A DNA stretch of 62,838 nucleotides, the filler included, from Perkinsus olseni (lineage: Eukaryota), in assembly GCA_013115125.1 (NCBI GenBank). It is 26 parts of 26 records of this genome, joined end to end, with 100 filler letters (N's around TTAATTAATTAA, not from the genome) between each part and the next. Parts side by side here need not be neighbours in the genome. Positions count along the whole stretch, not along the records: positions 58,235 to 60,491 come from JABANN010001607.1; positions 60,592 to 62,838 come from JABANN010001608.1; 24 more parts are not named here. One strand, written 5' to 3'. The number at the start of each line of letters is the position of its first letter. The first letter of the stretch is position 1. The notes under the pieces were generated by a model. The model saw only the letters and a program-made list of their open reading frames with translations, was not told where the DNA came from and searched no databases. The position numbers and the translations under genes are program-made. Shown here in pieces: positions 60,061 to 62,838 of the stretch.

Positions 60061-60491
60061 TCAACAATCGCATTCCTGAGGGTCGCTAGGCGGAATAAAA
60101 GGACAGTCAGGCAATGGGAGATCTAGCAATGCTTTAAAGATTTCATCATTCCTTTCTAGTATCCGATAAGAGGACAATGGGTGGCTGGTGAGTCTACGAT
60201 ACTTATTGGATGTCAACCCCTTCACTGTATTATTATATAACTCCATCATATGCTCTTTGGCGTTGTCGTAACACGCGGGTTCGAAGGCGATCTCCTCATC
60301 TGATGATGCCACCGCCTCCCATCTAGCACGATTCAGCGGGCAATGTATCAGTTTGCCCTCATCCAGACACCCCTGACCAGTCCACAGCGGGCCTCGACCT
60401 AGATGATCCACCCAAGAACAGTACTCACATTTACCGGTAGTGGCCCATTCACCAGTGATAGGGGATATACCATTACGAACGTCGGTTAAAG
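60061..60491 (-). CDS. 3' end of an upstream hypothetical gene
   Basis: Open frame from the contig end to a stop at 60061; Cys/Trp-rich. Confidence 0.45.
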
Positions 60492-60591
60492 NNNNNNNNN
60501 NNNNNNNNNNNNNNNNNNNNNNNNNNNNNNNNNNNTTAATTAATTAANNNNNNNNNNNNNNNNNNNNNNNNNNNNNNNNNNNNNNNNNNNN

Positions 60592-60664
<73 letters not shown>

Positions 60665-60699
60665 GCTCTTCTCCAAGCTTGGGTCCACTCCTATTTGAC

Positions 60700-62744
60700 C
60701 TACATTCCTTCATGTCGCCAAAAGAAGGGAGGATAGACGTGAAGGAGATACTAAAGGAGATACAGATCTACGTATTTCAGAGGAGTAATAGTCATCACCA
60801 CCACCACCACCATCACCAATGTTCTTGTGACCATCATCAGGATTACGTGTGAAAGAAGCATTCGCTGACTTCGATCCACATAGACATCATCTTATCACCA
60901 AATCCCAGTTCATAAGAGTCATTGATACCTCTCTACAGTCCTATTTACAACCTCACCAGGTAATACAACAAAAACAACAGCATCAGCCCCTTCTACCCGT
61001 AGCCTTCCCTATTCTTAGGCTGATGCATTGGCCGAGTACTATGATGCCAATGGCAATGGTATGATACATTACATCAGCTTCTGTGATGATATTGATGAAG
61101 TGTTCTGCCCTACCAAAGGCTTGGAGGCTATCTCTCCAACACTTGAAGTACCTCAACCTGGCTATGGCATCAATACTGCATTCATACCCAGAGATCTTGG
61201 TCAGAGGTAGTGATACTCAGCAAGGCCAAGCATGCCCTCTAATCATCATAATCATCTTCCCGTTATATAACAGATACGACACCGAGTTGGGAAATCTACT
61301 CTATCGCTTAGGATTGATATGCCGTACAAAAGGCTTCTCCCTTCCATACCAGTAGGAGCGTCGTCATCATCAGCATCCCTTCGTCTAATACCCCCCTTAC
61401 GTCACTCAGTATGCTCTTCGACGACATATTCGTAGTAGTAATACTATCATCGTCATTCCTGTTTCAGGTTCACTGATTTCGATCGACATAATACTGGTAG
61501 CATCACCGCTACACAGTTCTTTCGTAAATTCCCCCTATATGAAGCCCTCACTCCTCATGAGAAGGACATCCTGCAACAACGGTAGGGAGTCCATACCCCT
61601 ACCCATCATCATCTTTATGCTACAGTTACGGCTACGAAGGGAATGGGTGTGAGATGATGAATTACAAGAGCCTCCTGCAGGATATTGAGGATATAACCAA
61701 TCCAACTGCTACTACTACTAAAGGTAGGTGTTGCTAGTCATCGTATACAACCCCTTCTACTACTGCTACTAACGCAGAGGAATCATCACCTCCTCACAAG
61801 ACGGGAGAGGAGCAGCATACAGTATGGGGGGATACACAGTGGTACAACACATCATTACCATTAATACAACTCCTACGGGCTAAGGTGAGAGTATGATGAG
61901 GATGAGAGTGAGTAGTCATCGGCATCATGCCGCTACTAGGTGGTGGAACGGAGATTGAGGTTAAGGGAGTATTTTAAGGACTTTGATCCACTCAAGAAGG
62001 GCACATGCAAGAGAGGTTCTATTCAAAGACAACAACATCATCACCAACAATCATAATCATCATACTACCCCATCACTATCATACCGAGGATGGTGATTTT
62101 ATTATCTGTTGTTGTTGTTGTTGTTGTTGTTGTCAGCTCATGTACTTTGTGTACTCACTCTCCTCAAACTGCATCTATCACCACAAGAGTTGGACGGGCT
62201 ATTAAATGAATACTCAACGACGACAGCGTATGATGATAATGGGTAGGTGTATAAGCATTGTTGTCAGAGATGAGGATAGATATACTCGATCGAGTATCAA
62301 GACTGCTTTGTCACCCTATCATCATCATCATTCATCAGAGACACCTTCCATTACCTACAGCTGTGTGAGGAGGTTGATGCAGTATTCGCGGACAAGCGTG
62401 TATGTGAGGATCTCAATCTTCAAACCTCCATGCCAGGTAATACACCTCTCTAGTACTACTATCATCATGGGTCATCGTAGGCCCACAGGATACTAATCCG
62501 GCCCGACGTAATGCTAGACAATTGACTCAAGAAGAGATCACACACATCAAGCGTATTGAAGAGCATGTTGCGGCGAGGTAGTAATAATAATAACAACAAT
62601 CCTACAGTCATTCTCTTCTTCTTCTTCTTGTTGTTGTTGTCGTCGTGCTCAGGGTGCAGAGGTTGAGGATATTGCTAAAGCCACAGTTCCTCAACTTTGA
62701 TAAGTGTGGGAGGCAGACGGTCACAGTATCACAGTTCAAGAGGG
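60700..62744 (+). CDS. Multi-EF-hand Ca2+-binding protein with many short introns, partial
   Basis: Repeated FADFDPHRHHLITKSQF, YYDANGNGMIHYISF, FTDFDRHNTGSITATQF, FKDFDPLKKG and FLNFDKCGRQTVTVSQF units. Confidence 0.8.
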
Positions 62745-62767
62745 TAATACAATATCACCATAATGCC

Positions 62768-62838
<71 letters not shown>

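Larger units (their letters stand above)
2396..60591. other. 25 artificial 100-nt contig linkers (N44-TTAATTAATTAA-N44); the window is a concatenation of size-sorted contigs
   Basis: Identical linker starts at 2396, 4889, 7371, 9852, 12331, 14784, 17234, 19683, 22131, 24578, 27019, 29455, 31887, 34314, 36732, 39136, 41520, 43904, 46284, 48664, 51044, 53411, 55775, 58135, 60492. The 12-mer has stops in all six frames, and contig lengths fall from 2395 to 2247. Confidence 0.99.

Noticed and set aside
2396-60591. Regularly spaced TTAATTAATTAA repeat as a biological array; ORFs ending in XXX..LIN
   Set aside because: It is an artificial six-frame-stop linker inside N runs.

Overview
This is not one locus. 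It is 26 short unplaced eukaryotic contigs (about 2.25-2.4 kb each, in decreasing length order) joined by 25 artificial 100-nt linkers (N44-TTAATTAATTAA-N44), so nothing can be inferred across a linker. Two copies of the Perkinsus-type spliced leader (CCGTAGCCATCTTGGCTCAAG), short GT-AG introns and the gene content point to a perkinsid alveolate (Perkinsus sp.; the species cannot be determined here). Host genes or fragments: an MDR quinone oxidoreductase, an ankyrin-fused NAD-glutamate dehydrogenase, a type-B carboxylesterase, an aldo/keto reductase, a PDK/BCKDK-like kinase, a GT61-like glycosyltransferase, a multi-EF-hand protein, a mucin-like Cys-module protein, a DUF1624-like protein and a disrupted pepsin-like protease. 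Mobile DNA: Bel/Pao-like and Ty3/Gypsy-like gag-pol, a 3xCCHC gag with its LTR end and PBS, a LINE 3' end, a Tc3-like element and several non-autonomous TIR elements. The strongest unexplained signal is at least 14 perfect 22-bp scars of form X[1-7]+revcomp(X)+X[2-8], each built on a different 8-mer X. This is the footprint expected when an 8-bp-TSD transposon that leaves hairpin-sealed flanks excises and the break is repaired in one fixed way; one scar frameshifts a protease gene. The second signal is that DNA transposons repeatedly carry or abut RNA-derived sequence (spliced-leader-capped mRNA 5' ends, tRNA and tRNA-like relics).
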